Below are positions 63,380 to 64,000 of a stretch of 64,000 nucleotides of DNA, one piece after another. The first letter of the stretch is position 1. Each line of letters begins with the position of its first letter. The notes under the pieces were generated by a model. The model worked only from the letters and a program-made list of their open reading frames with translations. It made no database searches and was not told the DNA's origin. Source of the stretch: Epithemia pelagica. Taxonomy: Eukaryota; Protista; Bacillariophyta. The DNA lies in NCBI GenBank assembly GCA_946965045.2, contig OX337230.1, positions 3,596,001 through 3,660,000 on the forward strand. Reading direction: 5' to 3'. The position numbers and the translations under genes are program-made.

Positions 63380-64000
63380 TTATTCCTCGACCCGATGAAT
63401 CGGACCATTGGGAATCCCTGCCAAACGACTGCGTTGGTACAAGTGTTCGTCCTGCACCACATCTGTCGCAGTGGTCCACCAAACGGGTGCACCAGCGTGT
63501 CCTGGCTGTTCTTCTTCTTCTTCTTCGTGGCTGTTGTTGTTGCTGTTGTTGTTTTGGTTGCCCTCCAATGGTTCCTGTAAAGTCCCGAGTACTGGCAAAA
63601 GGATTGGGGGGACAATCTGACTCCAACGATGGACTTGCTGTTCCATTGTCTCGTGATCAAAGGGAGATTCGTCGTGTAGTGTATACGTACGCTTCAAACT
63701 CGGGGCACAACTACTACTCGTACTAATAGAACTTTGCTGCTGCTGCAAGAAGGAGTAGGGTTGGTCAATGAGGATCCACGGAATGACAATCTCGGGATAA
63801 TCACGGCCTCCAGAACCGGGAGGACTTGCATAAGAAAAGAGAAAGGCACCCGCCTCTTGGTATGGATCGCGCAAAAAAGGTGTATCATAGACAAGACATC
63901 CCTGATAGTGTCCGCGAGTGGAGACAATGGGTTTCCAATCCACCAGTCGACATGGCACCAACGGTGCATGGAAAATCGTTCGACGACGATACATTGGATC
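63380..64000 (-). CDS. 5'-partial hypothetical protein
   Basis: Frame is open to the window edge with protein-like composition; no motif recognised. Confidence 0.4.
   Translation of the reverse strand, partial: DPMYRRRTIFHAPLVPCRLVDWKPIVSTRGHYQGCLVYDTPFLRDPYQEAGAFLFSYASPPGSGGRDYPEIVIPWILIDQPYSFLQQQQSSISTSSSCAPSLKRTYTLHDESPFDHETMEQQVHRWSQIVPPILLPVLGTLQEPLEGNQNNNSNNNSHEEEEEEQPGHAGAPVWWTTATDVVQDEHLYQRSRLAGIPNGPIHRVEE

Noticed and set aside
1-64000. tRNA, rRNA, Fanzor/TnpB or intact DDE transposase genes
   Set aside because: No cloverleaf, rRNA-like sequence, RuvC-type motif set or DNA-transposase ORF was recognised by eye.

Overview
Eukaryotic genomic DNA, most consistent with a diatom: it has a predicted spliceosomal intron, an Ambal-like non-LTR element, a CoDi-like Copia element, and (CA)n and poly-Q tracts. 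The window is a highly rearranged accessory region. From left to right it contains: (1) a 5'-partial, probably spliced GH17 glucanase-mucin linker-TM-PDZ gene; (2) a full-length 8.1-kb APE-RT-RNaseH non-LTR retrotransposon with uninterrupted ORFs, a 17-bp TSD and an unusual T-tail; (3) a 5'-nucleotidase/EF-hand gene; (4) five near-identical ~3.0-kb tandem units, each encoding a 568-aa HNH-type nuclease with hydrophobic anchors at both ends, apparently amplified by unequal crossover in a 17-bp identity between two patatin 3' ends; (5) a patatin gene; (6) a Crinkler/RHS-like cluster (three P-loop NTPase-type genes, one intact and two disrupted; an inverted, truncated HNH paralog with an expanded coiled coil; a poly-Q CRN-type HNH gene), interleaved with an inverted segmental duplication of hydrolase, membrane-protein and patatin sequences, a MITE and a second nucleotidase paralog; (7) a complete Copia element with 211-bp LTRs, a 5-bp TSD and an extra upstream ORF; (8) a SAP-SWIM-RING gene whose 3' end is triplicated. 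The best candidate for an undescribed system is the amplified, membrane-anchored HNH nuclease array within the Crinkler-like nuclease island. All family assignments come from motifs read by eye; no database search was run.
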